Below are positions 47,331-56,622 of a stretch of 64,000 nt of DNA, one piece after another. This stretch comes from Cyanophora paradoxa CCMP329 (taxonomy: Eukaryota > Plantae > Glaucophyta). A program made the position numbers and the translations under genes. The notes beneath the pieces are model-generated. The model searched no databases and was not told the DNA's origin. It worked only from the letters and a program-made list of their open reading frames with translations. Position 1 is the first letter of the stretch. Every line of letters starts with the position of its first letter. The stretch lies in contig QPMI01000115.1 in NCBI GenBank assembly GCA_004431415.1, positions 87,309 to 151,308 on the forward strand. The letters run 5' to 3'.

Positions 47331-50300
47331 ATGGGGGACGTGACCGCTCTTGCCGTCGCGCTCGCCGCCAGCATGTCAGCGGCGCGCGACCGGCGGCGTC
47401 TGCATCTGCACGACGGCGGAGGCGGCGGCGGCAGCGCCCGCCCAAGCCTTCGGTCGCATTCCTTTCTCGGCGGGGCGCCGGCCGGCACCCGCTCGGGTCG
47501 CCCTTCGCGGCTCTCGCTGCAGGCATGGCGCCTGCCCATCGGCGAGGAGCCGGAGTTGGAGGCCGCCGACCCGGGCCAGCTAGCCGCGGGGCGCCGCGGC
47601 GACACCTCGTTCCGCTTTTCCATCCGTGATGTCATGCGTCAGGCCTCCATGCTCCAGTTTCAGCCGCGGCCCAGCAGGGAGGCAGCGGCGGCCGCGGCCG
47701 TGCACTCGCGGCTGGGGCCCGCCCCGGCCAGCGCCCGTTCAGCAGCCGCCGGCAGCAGCGCGCGGCGGCGCCTCTACCTGCAGAGCGGCGCCGGCGCCGG
47801 CGCGGACGCCTCAGGCGAAGACGAGACCGAACTGGCCGCCCGCGCCGCTCCGGCCGGCGCCGGCGACAGCGACGCGGAGGAGGCCGTCCTTCCGATCGCG
47901 ACGTGCGCCATTGATATCCGCCCCCGCCCCTTGCGACAGCGGCGCCCCCGCCTCCTCCTCCAGCTCCCTCCTGACTCCGAGCAGGCCGCGGTTCCAGGGG
48001 AAGCTGCCCTCCGGGACGGGCTGGGACGAGGAGCTTTCCGTCCGGGGCGGCCGCCTCCGCATCTCCTCCCGCCGCCGCCGCCTCTACCTCCTCTTCGCCG
48101 CCGTCCGACTCGTCCTTACCCTCGCCCTCATCGTTACTGGCGCCTTGGTGCGGGGCTACCCCCCTCCCTCCCCCCCCCCCTCCCCCCTCCCCGCCCGCCC
48201 GCCGGGACTTCTCTCTTAATTTCCGAGGGGGCAGAACATGTCGGGCGAGTTCAGGAACCTGGAGCGGGCGCGCGACATCGAGGGCTTCGTCGGCAACGTC
48301 GAGGCGCGTGCGGGCGCCGGCGCCGCAGCTTTTCGCGGGCCGCCGCCAACGCGCGCCCCGCGCAGGCGACTCTGTCGCTGGTGGACGGCCTGCAGCGCGA
48401 GCGCGGCTGGTCCGGCGTCGTCCTCGTGCGCGCTCCCCGAACGCACCGCAGTCGCCCCGCGCGCAATCGCCAGACCTAGAGATGGGTTAGAGAAGCCTGA
48501 GAAGGACTTCTTAGTGCTTCAGTGCTCTGCATCTAGCTCCGGATTCCTCGCGCTGACGGCACGGCCGCTCGGGCAGGGGACGCGGGCGCTGGACGAGGCG
48601 CAGCTGGGCCAGCGGACGGAACGGCTGGCCGAGCTGCGGCGCGACTCGGACCGCCGCGCCGCAGAGTGGCTGGCCCTCGGCCTCGACCCCCAGGTCCGCA
48701 CCGCGGCGCGGGCGGGCCTAAAAACAGCTAAGAGGTAGCTTAGACGCGTCGCATCGCAAGCCTCGACCCGCGCGCCCCGGCAAGCTGAGTGATAGAAGCC
48801 GAGAGCGCAAGTCTTAAAGCGTTCTTAGAGTCAAGCCTTGGGCCCGCTCACAAAGACAGACCTTCAAAAGGCTCTAGCCTCGGCTCGCGGCTCACGTCGA
48901 GCGCGCGCGCGGCAGTCGTTCCCCGGGTCGGCGGCCGAGATCCTCTCCCGCGTCAGCCCCATCCTCAGGCGCGCCCTTGGCTTGTTCCTTTCAAGCTTAA
49001 GTTTACTTAGCTAGCTTGTTCGACCCGAGCTCGCGCGTGTCTGTCGACGTCGCTCACGGGACGGCTGCGGCGGCGGGGCGCGGGCGCGGGGGTACAGGTC
49101 GGCGCTGCCGGGGCACAGGGGGGCCGTGGACCGGCGCTCCGTCACGACGCTCGACAACCTCCTCTTCTACAACCTCATCATCGACGGTGCCCGAGCAAAC
49201 CCGCAGCGATCTAGCTATAGGCGCCGGTCGACATCTGCTTCTAGATCTAGATCTAGATCTGCTTCTAGATTTTGCGGGGTCGAAGTCGACTCATGATCAC
49301 GCCACGCCTCCCCCGCCCGCGCCCGCCGCGACCGGGGCCGCAGACATCCTGCGCGGCAGGAACTTGGAAGGAAACCCTGACCTCCGCCCCGGCGCGGCCG
49401 CACGCGCAGAGATCCTGCGGGTGGTGTCGCTGCTGGTCGAGCGCTGCCCCGACCGCAACGTCCTCCGCGGCGTCGTCTCCCTCTCCTCCCTCGCCTACGT
49501 GCGCCTATCTCTATATATCTCAGAAAGCGATTGCAAGCGAAGGCCGGTGTCGATAAAGGATCAAAATTAGCTAAAATTTAGACCTCGATGCTTTAGGAAA
49601 TCGTCTCCCTCTCCTCCCTCGCCTACGTGCGCCCTCTAATCTTATATGTGTCTGAAATTTGATTTCAGAAAGTAAGCAAAGGTGTCCCTAAAGGATTGAA
49701 ATTTAATTTAGACCCAGTGATCGATCGCGATCGTGCGCGACCCAGATTTAGACAAAGGATCAAAATTTAGACCTCGATGCTTTAGGAAATCGTCTCCCTC
49801 TCCTCCCTCGCTTACGTACGCGTGCGCATGCGCCCCCTCTGATTTAAATTCTTCTAAAATTCCATCCTACGTTCGCCTCCTCTATATTCCATCCGAGGCC
49901 GACTCGTACACTAATTCGGGTCTAAATTTTGATCCTTTGCCTCGCACACATGCGCAGATGCAGGGTGCGCGGCCCCGGACGACGCGCTGCGCCCGTCTTA
50001 CTCGGCCGTCAACGTTTCTGATGCGGCTTCGGGGCGCGGGGCAGAGCACATGGGGCGGCAGCGGGCGGCCATCTCCTCGGCCCTCTCCCGCGGCTGCTTC
50101 TGCGGCATCGAGCGCGGTGCGCCAGCGCCCTCGCCCTCGCCAGCGCCCTCGCCACGCGTCCGCCACGCCAACGCGCCCCGCCCCGCCCCGCTCCACCCCT
50201 GCGCGGCCGCCGGCAGAGCTGTACGACCACGCCGTCGTGAGCAGGGGCGTCGAGGAGGCGCACCGCGACCAGTTCAGGCTCTTCGCCACCCCCGAGGAGC

Positions 50301-51573
50301 TCCAGACGTGCGTGCGATTCTGATTGGAGCCGGCGCGCTCCTCGAGAGTAGTGTCGCAGTCCGCGGAGCCCGCTGTACATGTGCTCGGTTGCCGCAGTGC
50401 TTGACCCAACAACTGACGCGCGCGGCTTTGCGTCGCGATCGCGGCAGGTACGCGTCGGCGGTCCGGGGGCCCGATGTCGACCTGGCGCTGCGGCTGCGCG
50501 CCGAGGTCCTCGCCGTCGGGCCGGTGCGCCCGCCCGCGCCGCCCGCCCGGCTGGGGCTGGCCGCGACGCCGACCGACTCGAGTCTACGCAGGGGGCGCCC
50601 CTCCCGTCTGCAGACACGCCCGAGCTCTGGTTCGACTCCCAGACTGGCTACATGGACCGCGTTGCGGTATGCCCCCGCAGCTGATCCCCCCCCCCCCCCC
50701 CCCCCCCCGCTGCCCGCCCCGCCGCCCGCCCCGAATCTTGCATCAACTCCACGCCCGCCCGCGGCCGCAGTCGGTCACGCGGACGATGCTCGTGCACGTG
50801 GTCGGCGCCGCGAACGAGGCGACGCGGAAGAGCTGGCAGCAGTGCGCGCGGCGCCCCATTTGACGACATAGAACAGCGTTAACGGCCCAGCGCATCGGGC
50901 GCTTGATCACGATCATATGACGCGCCTCGGACGCCCCTCCGCGCGCAGGTTCGCCTTCGCCCTGATCGGGGGGACGGCGAGCCTCCTGGGCGCGCTCTAC
51001 ATCCTCTACCACGCGCGCCGCGCCTGGAAGCAGGCCACGGACGAGGGGGTCGGCATCTGGCCCTGGGCGGCGCCGGTCCCGACGTCGACGACGCCGTGCA
51101 GCCCGGCCGCCACCGCCGCCGCCGCCGGCGCCGCCGGCGCCGCCGAGTCGCCCGCGGCCGCCCGCCAGCGCTCCAACTCGCTGCCGACGCCGACGCCGAG
51201 GCCGACCGCCCCGCCGCTAGCGCCCTCCACGACCGCGAATCCCGTCGGAATCCGATCCGCGTGCACGTGCAACGCGTGCGGCTGCGCGTGCGGGTCCTCG
51301 CGCGGCACGGATCTTGACCCGGACGACGGCTCCGGATCCGGCCGCGGGGCGCGCGGGCCCGGGCGCGACGCGGTGCGCGCCGTGGGCTTGGATCGCATTC
51401 GCGAGGCGGCCGAGCACAGCGCCCGTGACGACATTCTGGTTGTCGACTTCGATCGCGCCGACGCCGATCCCCCGGCGGCCGCGCCCGACGCGGGCGCCGC
51501 GGCCGCGCCCGCGGCCAGCGAGTGCACTCCGACGCCAGCTCCGGGTCGGGCCGCTCTAGATCTGTCTACTTAA
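47331..51573 (+). CDS. NIT (nitrate/nitrite-sensing) domain membrane receptor, two TM helices, no recognisable output domain
   Basis: TM1 (LYLLFAAVRLVLTLALIVTG); NIT motifs LVDGLQRERGWSGVVL, LAY|MQ|EHMGRQRA, QFRLFATPEE, PELWFDSQTGYMDRV; TM2 FAFALIGGTASLLGALYILY; low-complexity tail. Confidence 0.75.
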
Positions 51574-52736
51574 GCTTCTTGAACATCGCGGGGCCTATAT
51601 ATAGCACATCTCTAGGGGCCCCGCCCCGCGTCTCCTCCGCTTTGTAATTCCGCATCGTTTTCGTCTATAGCTCTGTATACGTAGTACTTTAGTATATATA
51701 ATGCTTTTTGTAGTCTTTAGCTTTTCTTGCAGTTTGTTTCTTTCTTTAACGTCGGCTCTGCTTTAATTTGTACATCATGGCATCTGCCATCTGCAGAGAG
51801 CGTTTCACTTGCAATGGCCGATTGCAAGCTGCACAGTATGTCAGTCGACGTCAATCGCGGTTTACTCGTGCATTATACATATATATTTACGTACACGTAT
51901 GGGCTCGCACTAGTACTAGGCGCGATCGCTATTTCATGATCAGCGCTAGCCGGCGCCGCGATTTATATACAGCTACGTATACAACTTTGCTGCAAAGCCA
52001 TGGCCATTCCTGTCATTTTCGGATTTAAATGTCGGCGGTTCAATTTCCTGTCAACTTGCAATTTCGGATTCAAATACCAGACCTGTACATGTGTATACAT
52101 ACGCGTACATGTACATTTTCACTGCTGAGTCATGATAAGTTCATCGGTTGATCCCATTAACGATTTAATTTATAATTATATGTATAATTTACAGAGCTGC
52201 GGGATGCATATCATCGTGCGCAATAACATGTACCGTATACTTATATAGCGCGTAGTACACCGTGGCACAGTCGTGGCCAAGATCTAGAGCGACGTCCGAC
52301 GGTCGACTTCACTGTTTCAAATTCGAATTCCGGCGCGGCATTCTTTTTGTACATATATATATATATGTATATAGGAGGGCCATCAATGGGCCAAACGCGA
52401 AAAGGCAACTCCGAGAGCTCGAGACTCGGAAGTGACGCTTGGATTGCGGAGGTTCTTATAACCGCCGCAACAGCTGTGGGGGTACCCCCTCCGAGGCTGG
52501 CGATCGCGGCGATCGCGACCCGATCGCGACCCTGGTGATCGCGACTTTCTCCCGATCGCGACCCTTTTCGATCGCGATTTCGAGATCGGGGGCATTTCTG
52601 CGATCGCGAGAAAGGAAAAATCGGAAAAGGCCGAAAAGTGCGTTTTTCACGCGTGAAATCGACCGAAAACGAGGGTTCGAATCCCGGGCCCGGATTTGGA
52701 CTTGGGCAAAATCTCGGACTGAAATGGGAGAAAAAT

Positions 52737-52795
52737 GGGACCTGGGACTTGGGACTTGGGACTTGGGACTTGGGACTTGGGACTTGGGAAGAGTT
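52737..52795 (+). repeat. Telomere-like array 1: GGGACCT(GGGACTT)6GGGAAGAGTT
   Basis: Six perfect 7-mers at 52744-52785, read directly. Confidence 0.97.
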
Positions 52796-52826
52796 GGAAT
52801 CAGAGTCTGGACTCAAAACGGGGAAA

Positions 52827-52848
52827 TTTTCGGAGGGGGAGAAAAATG
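52827..52848 (+). promoter_or_regulatory. Putative viral promoter/leader motif TTTTCGGA-N11-ATG
   Basis: The same motif occurs with N12 spacing at 55412-55434 (+), 57321-57343 (+) and 60546-60568 (-). Confidence 0.6.
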
Positions 52849-53316
52849 TCAGGCAATCTCTATTACGATTTCCCCTTTGAGTTGCATATGGCATTCGAGA
52901 GGCTGCGCGAGTTCTGGCGTTGGCACCTCACAGGACATGACATTCCCGACATAACACCAGAGCCCAACACACAGGGCGTGCTTGAAGTCATCCGTCAATA
53001 TCCGCGTCGATTCAATGAATGGATCGAGTTCCACGCAACGAACCGTTTCCAGAGTCTCCCCGAGGCCATACGCGAAAATTTCGTGAGGCTGGTGGGACCA
53101 GGCTACGACAACCCTAACAATCATAGACCACGCCCAGCTGGCGTGACGCGCGAAGCTCGAGAAGACCGTAGACTTTTCCGCAGGGAATTGAGAGAGGATA
53201 GACGGAGGCTTTCAATGGGGCTCCCGCAGATTGTGAGGGGGTACAGCCCGGATTACGAGACTTACCAAGAATTGTACGGCTTCGAAAATCCCTTTGAGAG
53301 GGTACTACCAGGGTGA
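52846..53316 (+). CDS. Hypothetical viral protein (~156 aa)
   Basis: Intronless ORF MSGNLYYDFPF...; AAAAATG start preceded by the shared motif; followed by a GC-rich hairpin. Confidence 0.6.
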   Translation: MSGNLYYDFPFELHMAFERLREFWRWHLTGHDIPDITPEPNTQGVLEVIRQYPRRFNEWIEFHATNRFQSLPEAIRENFVRLVGPGYDNPNNHRPRPAGVTREAREDRRLFRRELREDRRRLSMGLPQIVRGYSPDYETYQELYGFENPFERVLPG

Positions 53317-53654
53317 GGGGCCAGGGGGGGCCCCTGAGGGTGTACCCCCCATCCGAGACTCGACCTTCGGCGGACGCACTCGGGCAATTTCCGTCAGGCC
53401 GGCTCCTTTTTCTGTCTTCGGTCCAACGCTAAATTTGGCTTTTTCAGGCCAGTTGGCAACGTTTTCCGTTGCGAACTAGCCCAGGAAAAAATTCGCCCAC
53501 AAAACCGCGGTCCGCCGCCATTTTGCCTCACTCTTGAAACGGGTTCGCCGCCTTCTCTCAGCCCAAGGAAACCCTGCCTCTCCGAATTTTCACAAGTCCG
53601 CCCTCACAGTCACCTCACGTTTTGCCTTTGCTGATTTCTTTTCCCTTTGCGCAG

Positions 53655-54725
53655 ATGTCGATTCCCGCTGAGCTTGCCGAGGACTTCGCCTTTGTCCAAG
53701 CAACGTGGGCTAACTCCGGTGGCACTCAAGGGGCTACCCCTGAGATGGAGCAGCGCGCCGACGCTCTGGGGTACATCTACAATTATGCCATCTTACGCGC
53801 CACTGGCCCCGAAGTGCAACTTCTCCCCAAGTCCGCCTTCACGTCCAAGGCCAAGAAATCCAAGTCCAAGCAACCCAAGCCCGAGCCCCCCGTCGACGTG
53901 CCCCCCGTCCCCGGCTGGGTCAAGACCGCCAACGGCTGGGGCGACCCCAAGCTTTTCGCCGAGTCTGCTGCCGAGACGCTCGCCTGGGCCTACCCCCCTC
54001 AAGTCTTCACGAATTACCCCCCTCCGTCATCGTCGTCATCTGCCCCTCAGCCCGTCGCCGAGCCCGCCCCCGAGCCCGCCGATGACGCCAAGTCCGAGGC
54101 CTCTGACGTCGAGTCTGACATCAACGACTTCATCGACTTTGACGTGCCGATTCCATACGACTCTGAGTCGTCTTCTGACTCTGAAGGCGACAACGAAAAC
54201 CCGACTCGCAAGCGCCGCATTATCAAGACCAAGTCAATCGTCAAGAAGAAGTTCATGGAGACTACGTCATTCACCGACAACTCCGAGCGCGTCAAGGACC
54301 CCGCCAAGGCACACGAGAAGGACTTGAAGCTCGGCGCCGGCATTGCCCGTTCTCGCGTGACGTCACACTACAGCGAGCGCCTGACTCAGCACGTCAAGAC
54401 CATTGAGAAGCGCGTCCTCTGCAACGAGCTCCGCAAGGAGTTGGAGCGCAAGCGGCGCCACGAGCGCCTTGTCCAGTACCAGATCAACAAGGCGCGGATC
54501 GCCGAGCGCAAGCAGAAGGAGGCGGCCGAGCTCAAGGCGCGCATCGAGGCTCAGCAGCAGCGTGAGGCAGAGGCGGCAGCGGCCTTGGCGGCGCAGCGCG
54601 AGCGCGAGCGGCAGGACTTGGTGCAGGCAGCGCAGTCCCTTCCCCGCATTCCCCTTAAGTCGGCGCCCGAGGGCCTCATTGAGTTGGTTTCCGATGACGA
54701 TGACTCTGACTTTGAGATGCTGTAA
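53655..54725 (+). CDS. Putative nuclear regulatory protein (acidic tract, NLS-like PTRKRR, coiled coil, C-terminal SIM-like LIELVSDDDDSD)
   Basis: 356-aa intronless ORF with C/G-ending codon bias; the ATG is immediately preceded by CTGAT-polypyrimidine-CAG (likely 5'UTR intron acceptor). Confidence 0.7.
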   Translation: MSIPAELAEDFAFVQATWANSGGTQGATPEMEQRADALGYIYNYAILRATGPEVQLLPKSAFTSKAKKSKSKQPKPEPPVDVPPVPGWVKTANGWGDPKLFAESAAETLAWAYPPQVFTNYPPPSSSSSAPQPVAEPAPEPADDAKSEASDVESDINDFIDFDVPIPYDSESSSDSEGDNENPTRKRRIIKTKSIVKKKFMETTSFTDNSERVKDPAKAHEKDLKLGAGIARSRVTSHYSERLTQHVKTIEKRVLCNELRKELERKRRHERLVQYQINKARIAERKQKEAAELKARIEAQQQREAEAAAALAAQRERERQDLVQAAQSLPRIPLKSAPEGLIELVSDDDDSDFEML

Positions 54726-54796
54726 ATAGTATTGCGTCATTCCATTGTACATACTTGTAAAAATTGGCCGACTATTCAGTTACGACTTGGCGCGAT

Positions 54797-54858
54797 CCTG
54801 GGACTTGGGACTTGGGACTTGGGACTTGGGACTTGGGACTTGGGACTTGGGAAGAGTT
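54797..54858 (+). repeat. Telomere-like array 2: CCT(GGGACTT)7GGGAAGAGTT
   Basis: Seven perfect 7-mers at 54800-54848. Confidence 0.97.
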
Positions 54859-54955
54859 AGACTCAGGGTCTGGGCCCAGAATCTCTCTGGATCTGAGAGT
54901 TTGCCGCGCCAAGTCCCTAACCACCGGGCAGACATGTAGAGGGGTACGGAAATCT

Positions 54956-55147
54956 GCATATGACGTTTCTGGTGACATTCCAGGTGAGATTTCAAGCGAG
55001 GTAGAGTCTGAACTGGTGTACGACTTGTAGCATGATACTGGACATGAAAGCTCACGAGAGTATGCAACCGAAAACGGATGTGAAGAGGGGTAGGAGTTTT
55101 CGTGTGAGATGTCGAGAGAAGGAGGGTACGAGATGGGATACGAGTAA
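54956..55147. repeat. Cryptic 12-bp-period array (invariant GA every 12 nt, 16 periods)
   Basis: GA at 54962, 54974 ... 55142 without exception; the other positions vary. Confidence 0.9.
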
Positions 55148-55214
55148 AAAAGACTACGAGTAAAAAAGACTACGAGTAAAAAAGAGTATGAGGAGTGGTA
55201 GGAGTAAAAAAGTC
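55139..55214. repeat. 16-bp tandem repeat TACGAGTAAAAAAGAC x3 plus one degenerate copy
   Basis: Read directly at 55139-55185 and ~55199-55214. Confidence 0.9.
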
Positions 55215-55287
55215 GGTAGAAAAACTCACCTGACTTGTCTGACAAATTTCTGATCCTGGAGAAAGTCTGGGCCGGGACCTGGGTTTC

Positions 55288-55410
55288 AACTCTTCCCAAG
55301 TCCAAGTCCCAAGTCCCAAGTCCCAAGTCCAAGTCCCAAGTCCCAAGTCCCAAGTCCCAAGTCCCAAGTCCCAAGTCCCAAGTCCCAAGTCCCAAGTCCC
55401 AAGTCCCAGG
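55288..55410 (-). repeat. Telomere-like array 3 (inverted): CCT(GGGACTT)~16GGGAAGAGTT
   Basis: AAGTCCC x14 plus two AAGTCC units at 55298-55407, bounded by AACTCTTCCC and AGG. Confidence 0.97.
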
Positions 55411-55431
55411 TTTTTCTGAACCTAGGGCAAA

Positions 55432-55797
55432 ATGGCCCTGCTCCGGTGCACCGACTCGCAAGACGTCGCCTACAACGTCCTGGTCAACTCGGACGTACCC
55501 CCGAGTGCCTTGGAGTTTCCCTGGAGAGTGGACAGGGACAGGGTGAGCAAGACGTTTGGAGGGCGCAAGCACTACCTCTCCCAGCTGATCCTCGGGAAGT
55601 CGCCACGTGGACGCTACGTGGAACACATCAACGGCAACCCGCTGGACTACAGGAGGGAGAACCTGCGCTGGGCATCAATGTCGGAGATTCGCAAGAAGAG
55701 GAGGGGGTACGCCAATTTACAGGAGAAGAGCGAGGAGATTCGGGAGATGATGGAGGCGACACAGGTGCTAATGCAGCTTAGCCAGTCTAGACGCTAG
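55432..55797 (+). CDS. HNH endonuclease-like protein (HNH_3 type)
   Basis: YVEHINGNPLDYRRENLRWAS matches the V(D/E)HINGN.lDNR..NLR motif of phage/viral HNH proteins. The usual DN is DY here, so it may be inactive. Confidence 0.8.
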   Translation: MALLRCTDSQDVAYNVLVNSDVPPSALEFPWRVDRDRVSKTFGGRKHYLSQLILGKSPRGRYVEHINGNPLDYRRENLRWASMSEIRKKRRGYANLQEKSEEIREMMEATQVLMQLSQSRR

Positions 55798-56599
55798 TGG
55801 TGTGAATCTTGGTGTCGTACTCGCGACCGACCGTTTCCCAGGCCACGTAAACTTCGGCTCCGGCGCCTGGCGCTGTCGAGTTGGTAGTCGCAGTCGTGTA
55901 GTCCGCCTCTGCCTCAATTAGTTCGGCCATGAGGGTAGAGCCCACGACCATTCCAGAGGTAGGCATTCCGGCGATGTTGTTGTACAATTTGAAAGTGAAT
56001 TTCGTGAAGAGGAGCCGGGGCCAGACCTGGGTACGGGGATTCGAGGCGCCGTATGAATAATCGGTACCCGAGGCGCCGCCCGTGGTGGCATTCGTCATCA
56101 TCTCCTTTGCGGTCATCTTCCAGAGGTTGTACATCTCAAAGGGAACGGCCTGCGTGGTCTTGTGTGTGGCATCGATGAGGGCGCCATCTAAATGCGTTTT
56201 GATGTTCGGATTCGCACCATTCCCGAATTTGCGAGTGAGGGCGGTGTTAGCGGTGAACTTGAGTTCGAGCACGCGAATGGCGGGCCGATCAGGCACAGAG
56301 GGCTCTATCTTTTTCAGGAGGCCCGAGAGCCAGAGCGCCTCCGCCTCATCCGCGCTCACGCCCGAGTCGATGTCAAAGTACACGTACACGGAGCAGGAGG
56401 CGGGATTCTCGAAATCGTTGGAGGTGACGCGCAACATGACGGGATTCTGGACCCTCACGGTGAGCGGGGTGGCGTAGTTTCCGTCCCACTCCACCTTGTC
56501 CGTCCCTGCGTTGGCCACGTTCCCAGCGTTGCCGTAGAAATCGGGGACGATCGAGCCGGCAGACACGGTCTTCACGATGGTGGCCGAGGTGGTCGGCAT
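55787..56599 (-). CDS. Putative virion structural protein, paralogue 1 (270 aa)
   Basis: Beta-rich ORF; aligns by eye with the upstream gene (VQNPVMLRV/LQNPVVIQV; SGLLKKIEP/SGLVKKVAP; LELKF/LEVKF; NPR..PRLLFTKFTF/NPR..PRFPFTFFRF). The structural role is inferred from context. Confidence 0.55.
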   Translation of the reverse strand: MPTTSATIVKTVSAGSIVPDFYGNAGNVANAGTDKVEWDGNYATPLTVRVQNPVMLRVTSNDFENPASCSVYVYFDIDSGVSADEAEALWLSGLLKKIEPSVPDRPAIRVLELKFTANTALTRKFGNGANPNIKTHLDGALIDATHKTTQAVPFEMYNLWKMTAKEMMTNATTGGASGTDYSYGASNPRTQVWPRLLFTKFTFKLYNNIAGMPTSGMVVGSTLMAELIEAEADYTTATTNSTAPGAGAEVYVAWETVGREYDTKIHTTSV

Positions 56600-56622
56600 T
56601 TTGCGACCTCAAATGAGAAAGA

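Noticed and set aside
22400-51600. Long Arg/Pro/Gly/Ala-rich ORFs in the six-frame track (e.g. 26912-28738, 35703-37202, 40082-41674)
   Set aside because: These are shadow or intron-read-through frames caused by very high GC. The real coding signal is in spliced exons with recognisable motifs.
52500-52610. Cyanobacterial HIP1 (GCGATCGC) indicating plastid or cyanobacterial transfer
   Set aside because: Only three of the seven copies are full HIP1. The shared core is GATCGCG, locally clustered, and no cyanobacterial genes are nearby.
54956-55147. TAG read-through or an alternative genetic code in the + strand D/E-periodic frame
   Set aside because: TAG is used as a normal stop elsewhere (4470, 55797, 59472), and the opposite-strand frame is stop-free.
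52737-55410. GGGACTT arrays as CRISPR arrays or as WDLGLGT-repeat proteins
   Set aside because: The units are contiguous 7-mers with no spacers and no cas genes. ORFs crossing them stay open only because the repeat lacks stop codons.
52737-55410. A true chromosome telomere or telomere fusion
   Set aside because: The arrays are short, internal, have conserved non-repeat borders and sit between genes. The host telomere repeat cannot be determined from this window.
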